Origin: a virus
Length of the DNA: 49,077 nucleotides
Direction: 5' to 3' (one strand)
IMG/VR virus record: IMGVR_UViG_3300022073_000015
A program made the position numbers and the translations under genes. Within the stretch, counting starts at the first letter, position 1. Each line of letters starts with the position of its first letter. This document shows, one piece after another, positions 1 through 8,114 of this stretch. The notes below the pieces were generated by a model. That model was not told where the DNA came from. It made no database searches and saw only the letters and a program-made list of their open reading frames with translations.

Positions 1-55
1 GCGCCGACAGGACGAGTCCGAAACAACCAGAAAACAAGTACAACAGAATTTACCG
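1..55. repeat. Terminal overlap: positions 1-55 are identical to 49023-49077. This reflects circular closure or terminal redundancy of the assembly; unit length 49,022 bp.
   Basis: First 55 nt (gcgccgacaggacgagtccg...aatttaccg) are identical to the last 55 nt. An ORF that runs off the 3' end continues in frame from position 2. Confidence 0.9.
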
Positions 56-400
56 ACGTGGAACGCTTATCAGAGTGGACAACCCTCTCGTTTACCTTAC
101 TGGCTTGAACCTTCTGAGCGCCATCAGGCTACACCGAAGCCCTCTGACACACCGAATCCCACACAGGGTGCAGACTACGCACCATCGGCATACGAGCGCA
201 GTGATTACAATGCGGCCGCTGTAGGTGATGCAACTGCCGGAGCTGTGTCAGCATTGCCACCTGTTCGCGTTGAGAACAAAGTCACAATGACCGGTACTGT
301 GGAGCTGGACGGCCGACAGGTTGGTGAGATTATCGATGTGAAAATTGATGAACACAACCAGCAGGCTGCCGCGCAATACAACACGGGAGTGAGCCGCTGA
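2..400 (+). CDS. Tape measure protein, C-terminal part (continuation of 47938..49077 across the linearisation point)
   Basis: Frame 2 is open from the window start to TGA at 398-400. It is in phase with the ORF leaving the 3' end once the 55-nt overlap is removed. ATGA overlap with the next gene. Confidence 0.6.
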   Translation, partial: RRQDESETTRKQVQQNLPTWNAYQSGQPSRLPYWLEPSERHQATPKPSDTPNPTQGADYAPSAYERSDYNAAAVGDATAGAVSALPPVRVENKVTMTGTVELDGRQVGEIIDVKIDEHNQQAAAQYNTGVSR

Positions 401-1956
401 TGACAACGCTGCGTAACTATGAGCTACAAATCAGGGGTAAGACGTTCGTTGAGCGAATGAAAACACCGTCACAACAGTTGCGGTGTGTGTTTGATGTTAT
501 CGCTCAACCGGGTGGTGCATTTGCCACAGCCGACCTGAGACTGTACAACTTTGCCACATCGTCATCACCGCGTCCCACCTCCCCTACATGGGTGGACATG
601 AATCAGCGTGACAGGTCAACAGCGTACAATCTCCCTGATAAAGCGGGGCTTGAGCCTAAGTCAGGTGATTCCATCATTCTTCTGGCTGGTTACAGCAGTT
701 TTGACACGTCTGTGAATAGTTCCACAGGTGTTGTGACCAACAGTGTCCGCGATGATATGGGAATTGTATTCACGGGTACTATCTCAAACGTGTTCCGCGA
801 GCGTGACGGTGCGAATATTGTGACGCGTTTGCTGTGTCGTGCCGGGGATAACAGTAACGACGTGGGAACAGTAACCGCTTCATATTCTTCGGGTGTGACG
901 CTTTATGACGTGCTCAAGTCTCTCGCTCAGCAGTGGGGTAAGCGTCTGTTCGTTGATGAGGAGCGTTGTCAGCAGATTGTGATGGTGAGCGGTTATGTAA
1001 CTAACGGTGATATCACACGGGAGCTTAAAACGCTCCAGATTGCTTATGGTTTCCAGTGGACAAATTATAACGGGCAATTGACGATTGCTTTTCCGGGTGA
1101 AAAGAGGAGTACGGCTAAGCACGTTGTGTCAGCGCTTACGGGAATGATTGGTATCCCGGAAATTGCCGGGGGTGGTATGGGTGATGATTCCGGCGTGTTC
1201 GTGGACGTGGGGGTGCGGTTAAACCCGTACATCACGTTAAGTGACCGTATCGATATCTCGGCGGAGTACCAGACCTTTAACACAGCTAACGCTTTCATCA
1301 GCGCCGTTGAAGCCCACGCTGCCGGGTTATGGAATGTAATGGCGTTGCGCCATCGCGGGGACAACTGGGGCAATATCTGGCGCACCGACATCAACGGTCA
1401 ACGCGCAAGTGATTCGCCGGATGTACAAATCAACACGGGTGGTAAACTGGTGTGGGGTGCTAAAATCCCGGCAGATTACCGTGTGGAGTTCCTCAATAAA
1501 GTTCGTGATATCTCCAAACGAATCGGAATGGACCCTAACTGGCTCATGGCTGTTATGGCATTTGAGACGGGCAACAGTTTTTTACCTTATGTTAAAAACC
1601 CCGGATCAAGTGCAACGGGGTTGATTCAGTTCACCAGTGGTACAGCTAAGAGTCTTGGTACATCCACAGTGAAACTTGCGCGTATGACAGCGGTTGAACA
1701 ACTTGACTGGGTAGAAAAATACTTTGAACAGTATAAGGGGCGCATTAAAAATCTGGGTGATGCGTACATGGCTGTCTTTGCACCGCGTGACGGACTCGGT
1801 AAACCTGACTCAACTGTGTTGTACACTGCACCGAGTGAGGAATATAATCGAAATGCTCCACTTGATACACAGTATAAAGGTTACATCACACGGGGTGACT
1901 GTCTGGTGTTTGTTAACGCAGCGTTTAAACAGGGTCAACAATATGCAGCTGGTTAA
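400..1956 (+). CDS. Tail hub/baseplate-associated protein with a C-terminal lysozyme/transglycosylase-like muralytic domain
   Basis: 518 aa, translationally coupled to the tape-measure ORF. The C-terminus carries AFETGNSF...SSATGLIQF, typical of tail-associated peptidoglycan hydrolase domains. Confidence 0.55.
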   Translation: MTTLRNYELQIRGKTFVERMKTPSQQLRCVFDVIAQPGGAFATADLRLYNFATSSSPRPTSPTWVDMNQRDRSTAYNLPDKAGLEPKSGDSIILLAGYSSFDTSVNSSTGVVTNSVRDDMGIVFTGTISNVFRERDGANIVTRLLCRAGDNSNDVGTVTASYSSGVTLYDVLKSLAQQWGKRLFVDEERCQQIVMVSGYVTNGDITRELKTLQIAYGFQWTNYNGQLTIAFPGEKRSTAKHVVSALTGMIGIPEIAGGGMGDDSGVFVDVGVRLNPYITLSDRIDISAEYQTFNTANAFISAVEAHAAGLWNVMALRHRGDNWGNIWRTDINGQRASDSPDVQINTGGKLVWGAKIPADYRVEFLNKVRDISKRIGMDPNWLMAVMAFETGNSFLPYVKNPGSSATGLIQFTSGTAKSLGTSTVKLARMTAVEQLDWVEKYFEQYKGRIKNLGDAYMAVFAPRDGLGKPDSTVLYTAPSEEYNRNAPLDTQYKGYITRGDCLVFVNAAFKQGQQYAAG

Positions 1957-2278
1957 ATTTCTTGTAACAGCATTGGTCACTGCCACATTCAGCGTCTCCG
2001 CCACACAGTATAAAATCATGGACAATGGTCCGGTGTACTGGCAACAACGTAACACACTCGCGGAGTACATGAGGAACAGTGGTAAATGTGTGGAGCTGGC
2101 ACGAATCGGTGACAGTCCGTCACAGTATGCTCATCAGGTGTCGGTGGTGTTGAATAAATTTGTCGATGACAAGGTACGGATGTACGTCCCGTACATGACG
2201 TACAGTTGCATGGTCAGTGGTGAACCAATATACGCACTGTATATTCCTGAGCATTATGTCAAAAAATTGCCCCAATAA
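1943..2278 (+). CDS. Small secreted protein (signal peptide), function unknown
   Basis: ATG at 1943 gives MQLVKFLVTALVTATFSVSA/TQY, a signal-peptide-like N-terminus. It overlaps the end of the upstream gene by 14 nt and is followed by a terminator hairpin. Confidence 0.5.
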   Translation: MQLVKFLVTALVTATFSVSATQYKIMDNGPVYWQQRNTLAEYMRNSGKCVELARIGDSPSQYAHQVSVVLNKFVDDKVRMYVPYMTYSCMVSGEPIYALYIPEHYVKKLPQ

Positions 2279-2293
2279 ATGGGGCTTTATTTT
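2269..2293. terminator. Bidirectional intrinsic terminator between convergent genes
   Basis: gcccc-aataaat-ggggc hairpin followed by tttatttt. Lies between the stop of 1943..2278 (+) and the stop of 2287..3333 (-). Confidence 0.6.
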
Positions 2294-3333
2294 GTCAACA
2301 TGCCCACAGTGAAATTAAATTTTTGCCAGTCTTCTATTCTGAGCCATTCCGTACAACCGTCAAAACCTGTCAACTCTGCTGACGGGAAAGTGTCGTGAAA
2401 CCATTTTTCCATTGAGCGAATAAACTCACCATCTTCGGATTCAACCTGTGCAATTATATTGAAGTAGAACGGGGTGGTACGTTTTAATTCGAGCAGTCTG
2501 CGAGTCGAATCGTTTGAAATACCCACTTTCACATAGTCGTGAGTTGTGGAACGCAAGAAATAAAGTGTGCCGGGTTTTGATGTATTGTAACCATACTTAG
2601 CACAATGAGGACATCCACGACCTTGCGTTACACTGCTGGTTTGGGTATCCCACAGATGACCTTCACTACATTGAAATGTTGATTTCTTCCTTACGTTACC
2701 ACCGTACTCCACTAATGTAATACCGCGCTTATCATCATCGAGACGTTGTTGTATGATTTCTGGTGTCAGGGGGAATCGTTCAGCACAATGAGGACATCCG
2801 CGACCTCGTATTACATTGCTGGTTTTCGCACTCCATTCATGACCTTCGCTACATTGGAATGTTGATTTATTATTAACTGTACTACCGTATTCCACCAAAA
2901 TAATACCTCTCCCATCATCGTCGAGACGTTGTTGTATGATTTCTGGTGTTAACGGTACTTGTCCCGCACAATGAGGACACCCGCAGCCTTGTAATACACT
3001 GCTGGTCTCCGCACTCCACTCATGACCTTCACTACATTGGAATGTTGACTTCTTATGAGTTCTACCACCATACTCCACTAATGTAATACCGCGCTCATCA
3101 TCGTTCAGACGTTGTCGTATGACTTCTGGTGTTAAAGGGATGTTTCCGGCACAATGAGGACACCCGCAGCCTTGTAGTACACTATGGGCTGCCGCATCCC
3201 ACTCATGACCTTCACTACATCGGAAGGTTGATTTTTCCCTAACCCCACCACCATACTCAACTAACGTAATATCACGCCCATCATCATTAAGACGTTGTTG
3301 TATGATTTTCGGTGTTAATTTTCTTCCGCCCAT
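2287..3333 (-). CDS. T5orf172 (GIY-YIG-related) domain protein with four tandem zinc-ribbon modules; homing-endonuclease-like
   Basis: 348 aa. Four 61-aa repeats each end in CSEGHEW...GCGCPHCAG. The C-terminus (GTLYFLRS..YVKVGIS...GCTEWL) resembles the T5orf172/MUG113 domain. Confidence 0.6.
   Translation of the reverse strand: MGGRKLTPKIIQQRLNDDGRDITLVEYGGGVREKSTFRCSEGHEWDAAAHSVLQGCGCPHCAGNIPLTPEVIRQRLNDDERGITLVEYGGRTHKKSTFQCSEGHEWSAETSSVLQGCGCPHCAGQVPLTPEIIQQRLDDDGRGIILVEYGSTVNNKSTFQCSEGHEWSAKTSNVIRGRGCPHCAERFPLTPEIIQQRLDDDKRGITLVEYGGNVRKKSTFQCSEGHLWDTQTSSVTQGRGCPHCAKYGYNTSKPGTLYFLRSTTHDYVKVGISNDSTRRLLELKRTTPFYFNIIAQVESEDGEFIRSMEKWFHDTFPSAELTGFDGCTEWLRIEDWQKFNFTVGMLTK
2587..3318. repeat. 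Four in-frame tandem copies of a 183-bp coding repeat
   Basis: The marker cacaatgaggaca recurs at 2601, 2784, 2967 and 3150, an exact 183-bp period. Confidence 0.85.
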
Positions 3334-3363
3334 CTCGCTCGTCCACTCATAACCAACTATTAA

Positions 3364-3392
3364 ACCCTATCATTACTTGACGCGCTCGTCAA
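3364..3392 (-). promoter_or_regulatory. Dyad-type promoter (site a): TTGACG-N17-TAGGGT, with the -35 inside the dyad TTGACGcgctCGTCAA (3377-3392)
   Basis: Read on the minus strand. Points into 2287..3333. Confidence 0.6.
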
Positions 3393-3401
3393 CGATAAGG
3401 C

Positions 3402-3427
3402 AAAAAAATCCCGCCACGGAGGGCGGG
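3402..3427 (-). terminator. Intrinsic terminator of the leftward non-coding unit
   Basis: Minus strand reads cccgcc-ctccgt-ggcggg followed by attttttt. Confidence 0.75.
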
Positions 3428-3572
3428 TAAAAGTGCAGAGCGAGAGATACAAGGCGATGGTGGATTAATTCATTTCGCCGCTATTGTCACGTTTCACAAC
3501 GTTACGTTAACGACTTCGGCTTACCCTGCCGCTGGGAGACGGAGAATCACCCCCTGCCCGGTTGGTATGGGG

Positions 3573-3699
3573 TTGTGATGGCATGAATCGAACATGCTTC
3601 CATCGGTGCGCTGCCGATTGGGTTACGCGCGACTCACGGATACTTAGCTAGCTTTTCACCGTGAACCTATTCCCTAGCTCGCCATTGAGCTTCACCACA
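3573..3699 (-). ncRNA. tRNA-like element with a non-canonical cloverleaf and an extra hairpin
   Basis: All read on the minus strand:
- Acceptor tgtggtg (3699-3693) pairs with catcaca (3580-3574).
- D-arm gctc-aatggc-gagc (3690-3677).
- Extra hairpin tcacgg/ccgtga (3664-3634).
- Anticodon-like arm atcgg-cagcgca-ccgat (3618-3602); no U33.
- T-arm gcatg-ttcgatt-catgc (3597-3581). Confidence 0.35.
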
Positions 3700-3736
3700 A
3701 CGGAAAGAGCACTTAAAACTCATATCGCACGTCGAA

Positions 3737-3809
3737 ACGCCCGGCAGAGAATCGAACTCTGCAAATGCTCTTACCTGTTGTGTGGTCGGACCGCCACGAT
3801 GACCAGTCG
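3737..3809 (-). ncRNA. Degenerate tRNA-like fragment (perfect T-arm only)
   Basis: T-arm cagag-ttcgatt-ctctg (3761-3745). The acceptor pairs 6 of 7. I could not fold a D-arm or an anticodon stem. Confidence 0.2.
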
Positions 3810-3911
3810 CTGTTGTTCATACCCGGCTACACATTCCGGCTACCCGCTGTTGGTAAGAAAAAGGACCACCCCGGACCGCTAAAGGCACATGTGCTATATA
3901 CCTGCGATTTA

Positions 3912-3940
3912 AATATTGCATTGTTTGACGTGACTGTCAA
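3912..3940 (-). promoter_or_regulatory. Dyad-type promoter (site o): TTGACA-N17-AATATT, with dyad TTGACGtgacTGTCAA at 3925-3940
   Basis: Minus-strand reading. The dyad also sits between candidate -35 (ttgcat/ttgttt) and -10 (aatagt/tatact) hexamers of a rightward promoter for 3974. Confidence 0.45.
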
Positions 3941-3973
3941 TAGTATACTTAGCATTATTTTACAGGAGGTCAC

Positions 3974-4699
3974 ATGGATAAACGAAAAGCGCCCCTGCAA
4001 CTCGTCATTGACGCAGCAATGCTGGGTGCTGTAAAAGACATCTACACGTGTGTCCCCGGTTACGTCATTGCGTTTAATCCCGCCACACAACGCGCACAGG
4101 TGCAGATTGGTATTCAGCGTGTGCAGCTTGACGGGACAACGTTCGACCCGCCGCCCATTGTGGATGTACCCGTGAGCTTTCCCGGTGATGATTACGTACT
4201 GGAGTTTCAGATTGACCCCGGTTGTGAAGGTTCAATCTATTTCAGCCAGCGCTGCATTGACGGATGGAAACAGACGGGTGGTATTGCTGACAACCCTGTT
4301 GCACGTTTTCACCATCCACAGGACGCACATTTCGTACCGGGTATTCGCTCTCTGGGTAATGTTATCCCTGCATTCAGTAACAATGGTGTGAGAATCCGCG
4401 ACAAATCCGGCAACCGTCACGTGTGGATTAAGAACGATGGTGCACTGGTTGTCAAAAATACAAACGCCACCACAACATACGGTGCAGATGGGTCAGTGAT
4501 GACCAATAATACCAGTGGTCACAATAACCTGCTCGCTAATGGCAATGTGGACATTAACGGGGTTATAATTACACCGACCGGGCAGATTACGTTACCGGGT
4601 GGTGGTGGCTTAACACTCGCTAACGGCGTTGCTGCCGAAACACACCGTCACACTGGTGTACAGACCGGTGGTGGAAATTCCGGGGGACCTGTAAATTGA
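3974..4699 (+). CDS. Baseplate central spike protein (Gp138_N / Mu gp45-like)
   Basis: AGGAGG RBS at 3964-3969. The N-terminal region resembles gp138-type spikes. Glycine-rich C-terminal tip with THRHTG. Confidence 0.6.
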   Translation: MDKRKAPLQLVIDAAMLGAVKDIYTCVPGYVIAFNPATQRAQVQIGIQRVQLDGTTFDPPPIVDVPVSFPGDDYVLEFQIDPGCEGSIYFSQRCIDGWKQTGGIADNPVARFHHPQDAHFVPGIRSLGNVIPAFSNNGVRIRDKSGNRHVWIKNDGALVVKNTNATTTYGADGSVMTNNTSGHNNLLANGNVDINGVIITPTGQITLPGGGGLTLANGVAAETHRHTGVQTGGGNSGGPVN

Positions 4700-5043
4700 C
4701 AGTACGTAAAATTGATGAAAATGGTGATATTGTCACACAAGGGTCGATGTTTCTGACCGGACGTGAAGAGATTGAGCAGACGATTAAAACACGTTTGCGT
4801 CTCTTCCTCGGCGAATACTTCCGTGACATTACGGATGGTACACCGTGGTTTGAGCAAATTTTAGGTAAAGGCACAACACTCTCCGCACGTGAAGCAGCAT
4901 TGCGCAACCGCATCGTGAGGACACCCGGCGTTGTACGCCTTACCAGCTTTAGTACAAATTTTGATTTGAACACTCGCACATATTCGGTCACTGCTGGCGC
5001 ACTGACTACTTACGGGCTAATTACGGTGACTGAAAATGGCTGA
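4696..5043 (+). CDS. Baseplate wedge protein (gp25/GPW-like)
   Basis: 115 aa, ATGA-type overlap with the spike gene, immediately upstream of the J-like gene. Confidence 0.5.
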   Translation: MTVRKIDENGDIVTQGSMFLTGREEIEQTIKTRLRLFLGEYFRDITDGTPWFEQILGKGTTLSAREAALRNRIVRTPGVVRLTSFSTNFDLNTRTYSVTAGALTTYGLITVTENG

Positions 5044-6247
5044 AGTTACAACCACCGGTTACAAACTTAAAACGCAAAACGAATGGTTCGATGAAGAGAA
5101 GCAACTGTATCTTGACATCGACCCCCTGTGGAATCTCGACCCATCCACTCCAGACGGTCTCAAAATTGCACATGATGCTGAGGTATTTGGTGCACTGGAT
5201 GAGACGCTACAGCAGGCGTACAACTCCAAAGACCCGAACAAGGCAACCGGCGTTGACCTCGATGTCATTGCGTCCCTGACCGGCACTACCAGAAGTGAAG
5301 GTACTGCGTCCACAGTGACGGGCTTTGTCCTGAGTGGTGTTCCTAACTCAACGGTCGTCCCCGCTGGTACGATGTTTGAGTCGACTGTAACAGGCTCACG
5401 CTGGACGCTTGACCAGACATGGACGCTTGACTCGTCCGGTATCGCCACAGTGGACATCACATCCACCACAACCGGACCGGTTGAAGCTGACGCGAACACA
5501 ATCACGCGCATTATCACCACTGTACCGGGTTTGACCAGTGTCACAAACCCTACACCCGCCACTCCCGGTACAAACGTTGAGTCTGACAGTTCACTACGTG
5601 TCAAACGTGCTACGGCTGTGGGTCGTCCGGGTAACAACCAGATTGATTCAATGCTGGGCGAACTGTTTGCGGTTAGCGGCACGCGCCGTGTGAAAATTTA
5701 CGAGAATGACACCAACGCCACGGATATTAATGGTTTACCAGCGCACAGCATTGCTCCCATTATTGATGGTGGTACTGACGCCGATGTGGCAATGGCTATC
5801 TATGTGAAGAAAAATCCCGGTGCAATGTTGTATCAGGCCGGGACACCTGTGTCAGTAGTGGTTACTTCCCCCACCTATCCGACGAACACGAAAGAGATTA
5901 AATTCAGCCGACCTGTTTATGTGGATATGGTCGTTGTTGTGAATATTAAGGACGACGGTACATTACCATCACAGGCGACGTTGCAACCACTCATTCAGGA
6001 AGCGATTCTCGAATACGCAGCAGGTGACCTCATTCCCACAGAGTACGGATTCAAGCCTGACGGGTTTGATATAGGTGAAACTGTGCCTTACAGTTCCATG
6101 TACACCCCGATTAACAAGGTTATCGGTTCATACGGTAACAGCTATGTTGACAGCATGACATTGAATAGTGGCACAACAAATGTCACAATAGATTTCAACG
6201 AATTGTCCCGCTGGACCACATCTAACATAACGGTGAACATTGTATGA
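5036..6247 (+). CDS. Baseplate J-like protein (Mu gp47 / P2 gpJ family)
   Basis: 403 aa. Synteny W-like, J-like, fiber. Overlapping start and stop codons. Confidence 0.6.
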   Translation: MAEVTTTGYKLKTQNEWFDEEKQLYLDIDPLWNLDPSTPDGLKIAHDAEVFGALDETLQQAYNSKDPNKATGVDLDVIASLTGTTRSEGTASTVTGFVLSGVPNSTVVPAGTMFESTVTGSRWTLDQTWTLDSSGIATVDITSTTTGPVEADANTITRIITTVPGLTSVTNPTPATPGTNVESDSSLRVKRATAVGRPGNNQIDSMLGELFAVSGTRRVKIYENDTNATDINGLPAHSIAPIIDGGTDADVAMAIYVKKNPGAMLYQAGTPVSVVVTSPTYPTNTKEIKFSRPVYVDMVVVVNIKDDGTLPSQATLQPLIQEAILEYAAGDLIPTEYGFKPDGFDIGETVPYSSMYTPINKVIGSYGNSYVDSMTLNSGTTNVTIDFNELSRWTTSNITVNIV

Positions 6248-8073
6248 CATTTATAAAACGTGCCGACCTCGGGCGTCCCTTAACATGGGATGAGTTAGAC
6301 AGCAATTTCGAGCAGGTTGACAGTTATGCTGCTGCTGCCGCCTCTTCTGCCACTGCAGCACAAACACAGGCGCAGAGTGCGTCACAGAGCGCCCAGCAGG
6401 CTTTACAGTCTCAGCAACGGGCTGAGACTGCTGCGGCGAGTGCAGAAGGTGCTGTTGATGTACTGAGGCAGGAATTGGAAAGGAGTGTCGTATATGACAA
6501 GGACTATTCCACCATAGCAGAGGCATTTAGCCGAGCGACCATCACTGGTGCCGCTCTGGTGTTGACAGCATCCAACACAATTCGCATCCCAACTGATGCA
6601 CCTAGCTTACAGGCTGTAATAAATACGTGCTCCAGATTAAAACCCAGCGTACAACTGACGGTCATGCTTGAATCAGGCTTTAAGTTCACTGGTGAGACAC
6701 TTGTTGAGAAACGTGACTGTTCATGGATCACAATTCAATCTGTTGATTCGGTGGTTACTGCTTCTCCGACATTCACCGGCGTCAACTTACTGCATGTGGT
6801 GAATTCGTTTGGCCCAATATGGGACATTCTCGTAGATGTGGCAGGTTCTACGGTAGGGAATGGCCTTTATGTACGTAGAAATTCTGATATAGAGGTAAGA
6901 CCAGGCAAAGGGGTTATCAACGCTAAAAATAGAGCAGTCACATCGTATCCTTGCGGGATAGTAATTGTCGAATCGTCAAGAGGGCATATCCCCTCCTCAA
7001 ATTTTTCAGGAAACTACCGAAACCTTTGGGTGTCAAACTCATCTGTGTGTAATGCTGCGGGAGGAAATTTCGATAATGCAACCGGGGATTTTGCAACCCA
7101 CATTGTGCGAAACTCGTTGTGCCACCTATCTTTGGCGACGGTAAATAACGCCGCACATAACGCCGTATATGCAAACAACAGTCGTATTACCTTCCTGGAA
7201 GGGGAGGCGATTAATGCTGATACTGCACTTTCTGCTGAATTTGCAGGTGTAATTTATACCAGGCCTCGCGGTGGGACGATAACAGACATTTCAGGCTCGA
7301 GAATAAATGCAATTCACGCCTCTAATGGCGGTGTTATTATTGCTGAGGGAATGACAATCTCTCCAGCCTCTGGGTTTGGAATTACTGCCCGCGACGGCGG
7401 GAAGGTCAGTGCGGTAGGGACGTCTGTTTTAGCTAACGGCACGGCGCTGAATGCTTATAACGAGGGGGAGATAAATATAGCGGGATCTGGTAACGTGATT
7501 TCCTCTTCTTCTGCCTCGGTTAATGTAGTCAAGGCTTACCAGGGAGGGAGAATTAACCTTGATGGGGCCGTAGTGACAGGTGGAACTACTGGCTTGCTCG
7601 CTGAATCTGGTGGAACAATCCACGCTAGGGGTGTGAATGTGTCTGGGCAGGCAGCAAATACAATACAGGCAACTGGTGGCGATGTTTACGCTGATAATTC
7701 CGTGCTTTCAAAGTCTTCAGTTAATGCCGATATTGTTTATGCTCGTCGCGGAGGCATTATTAATGCCAACTTTTCGACAATTACCGGAGGGAGGATCGGG
7801 GCGCATGCAGACGTTGGTGGAAGAGTGTGTGTAAATAATTCCACTATTAGTGGTGCATCGACCAATGGAGTACGGGCCGCCGGTGGTGAAGTCAATGCTC
7901 AATCTGCGACAGTGAAGAACAATACCGGAAAGGATTTGGCGGTTTATTCTGGTGGCATATTAAGGGCTGGGGGTTCAACAACCACTAACTCTTCAGTAGC
8001 TGGAACACCAAATGCATCAGATTCCAATGTGGAATTTAATACATTCGGCGCGCCTGGGTTTATTTTTGCATAA
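6244..8073 (+). CDS. Tail fiber/tailspike with a right-handed beta-helix (pectate-lyase-like) body
   Basis: 609 aa. The N-terminus has the ELDSNF motif and an Ala/Gln-rich coiled coil. It is followed by a long run of G-G-x-I/V-x-A type beta-helix rungs. Confidence 0.6.
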   Translation: MTFIKRADLGRPLTWDELDSNFEQVDSYAAAAASSATAAQTQAQSASQSAQQALQSQQRAETAAASAEGAVDVLRQELERSVVYDKDYSTIAEAFSRATITGAALVLTASNTIRIPTDAPSLQAVINTCSRLKPSVQLTVMLESGFKFTGETLVEKRDCSWITIQSVDSVVTASPTFTGVNLLHVVNSFGPIWDILVDVAGSTVGNGLYVRRNSDIEVRPGKGVINAKNRAVTSYPCGIVIVESSRGHIPSSNFSGNYRNLWVSNSSVCNAAGGNFDNATGDFATHIVRNSLCHLSLATVNNAAHNAVYANNSRITFLEGEAINADTALSAEFAGVIYTRPRGGTITDISGSRINAIHASNGGVIIAEGMTISPASGFGITARDGGKVSAVGTSVLANGTALNAYNEGEINIAGSGNVISSSSASVNVVKAYQGGRINLDGAVVTGGTTGLLAESGGTIHARGVNVSGQAANTIQATGGDVYADNSVLSKSSVNADIVYARRGGIINANFSTITGGRIGAHADVGGRVCVNNSTISGASTNGVRAAGGEVNAQSATVKNNTGKDLAVYSGGILRAGGSTTTNSSVAGTPNASDSNVEFNTFGAPGFIFA

Positions 8074-8114
8074 ATCGTCATTTTTACATTATTTTGACTA
8101 TTAAGAGGTAAATC

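Larger units (their letters stand above)
3428..3900 (-). ncRNA. Non-coding transcription unit of about 0.47 kb, bounded by a promoter and a terminator, with tRNA-like modules
   Basis: No convincing ORF or RBS on either strand. Promoter at 3912-3940 and terminator at 3402-3427, both on the minus strand. Contains two perfect T-arms (GTTCGATTC). Confidence 0.45.

Noticed and set aside
3573-3809. Calling two bona fide tRNA genes
   Set aside because: The T-arms are perfect, but one candidate has a 57-nt insertion between the D-arm and anticodon arm and a loop without U33. For the other I could not fold a D-arm or an anticodon stem. I report them only as tRNA-like and leave confirmation to tRNAscan-SE or ARAGORN.
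3661-4090. ORFs 3661..3882 (+), 3765..4034 (+) and 3827..4090 (-) in the hub-spike gap
   Set aside because: They have no Shine-Dalgarno sequence, use non-ATG or weak starts, and overlap tRNA-like stems, a promoter and the real spike gene start. The region is better explained as non-coding.
5059-5682. Long antisense ORFs inside large genes, for example 5059..5682 (-), 8832..9314 (-), 17406..17936 (+), 17842..18348 (+), 24781..25287 (-), 36505..37083 (-), 28152..28562 (-)
   Set aside because: These are shadow ORFs opposite well-supported coding sequences. They have no RBS or coupling, and their compositions mirror the sense-strand codons.
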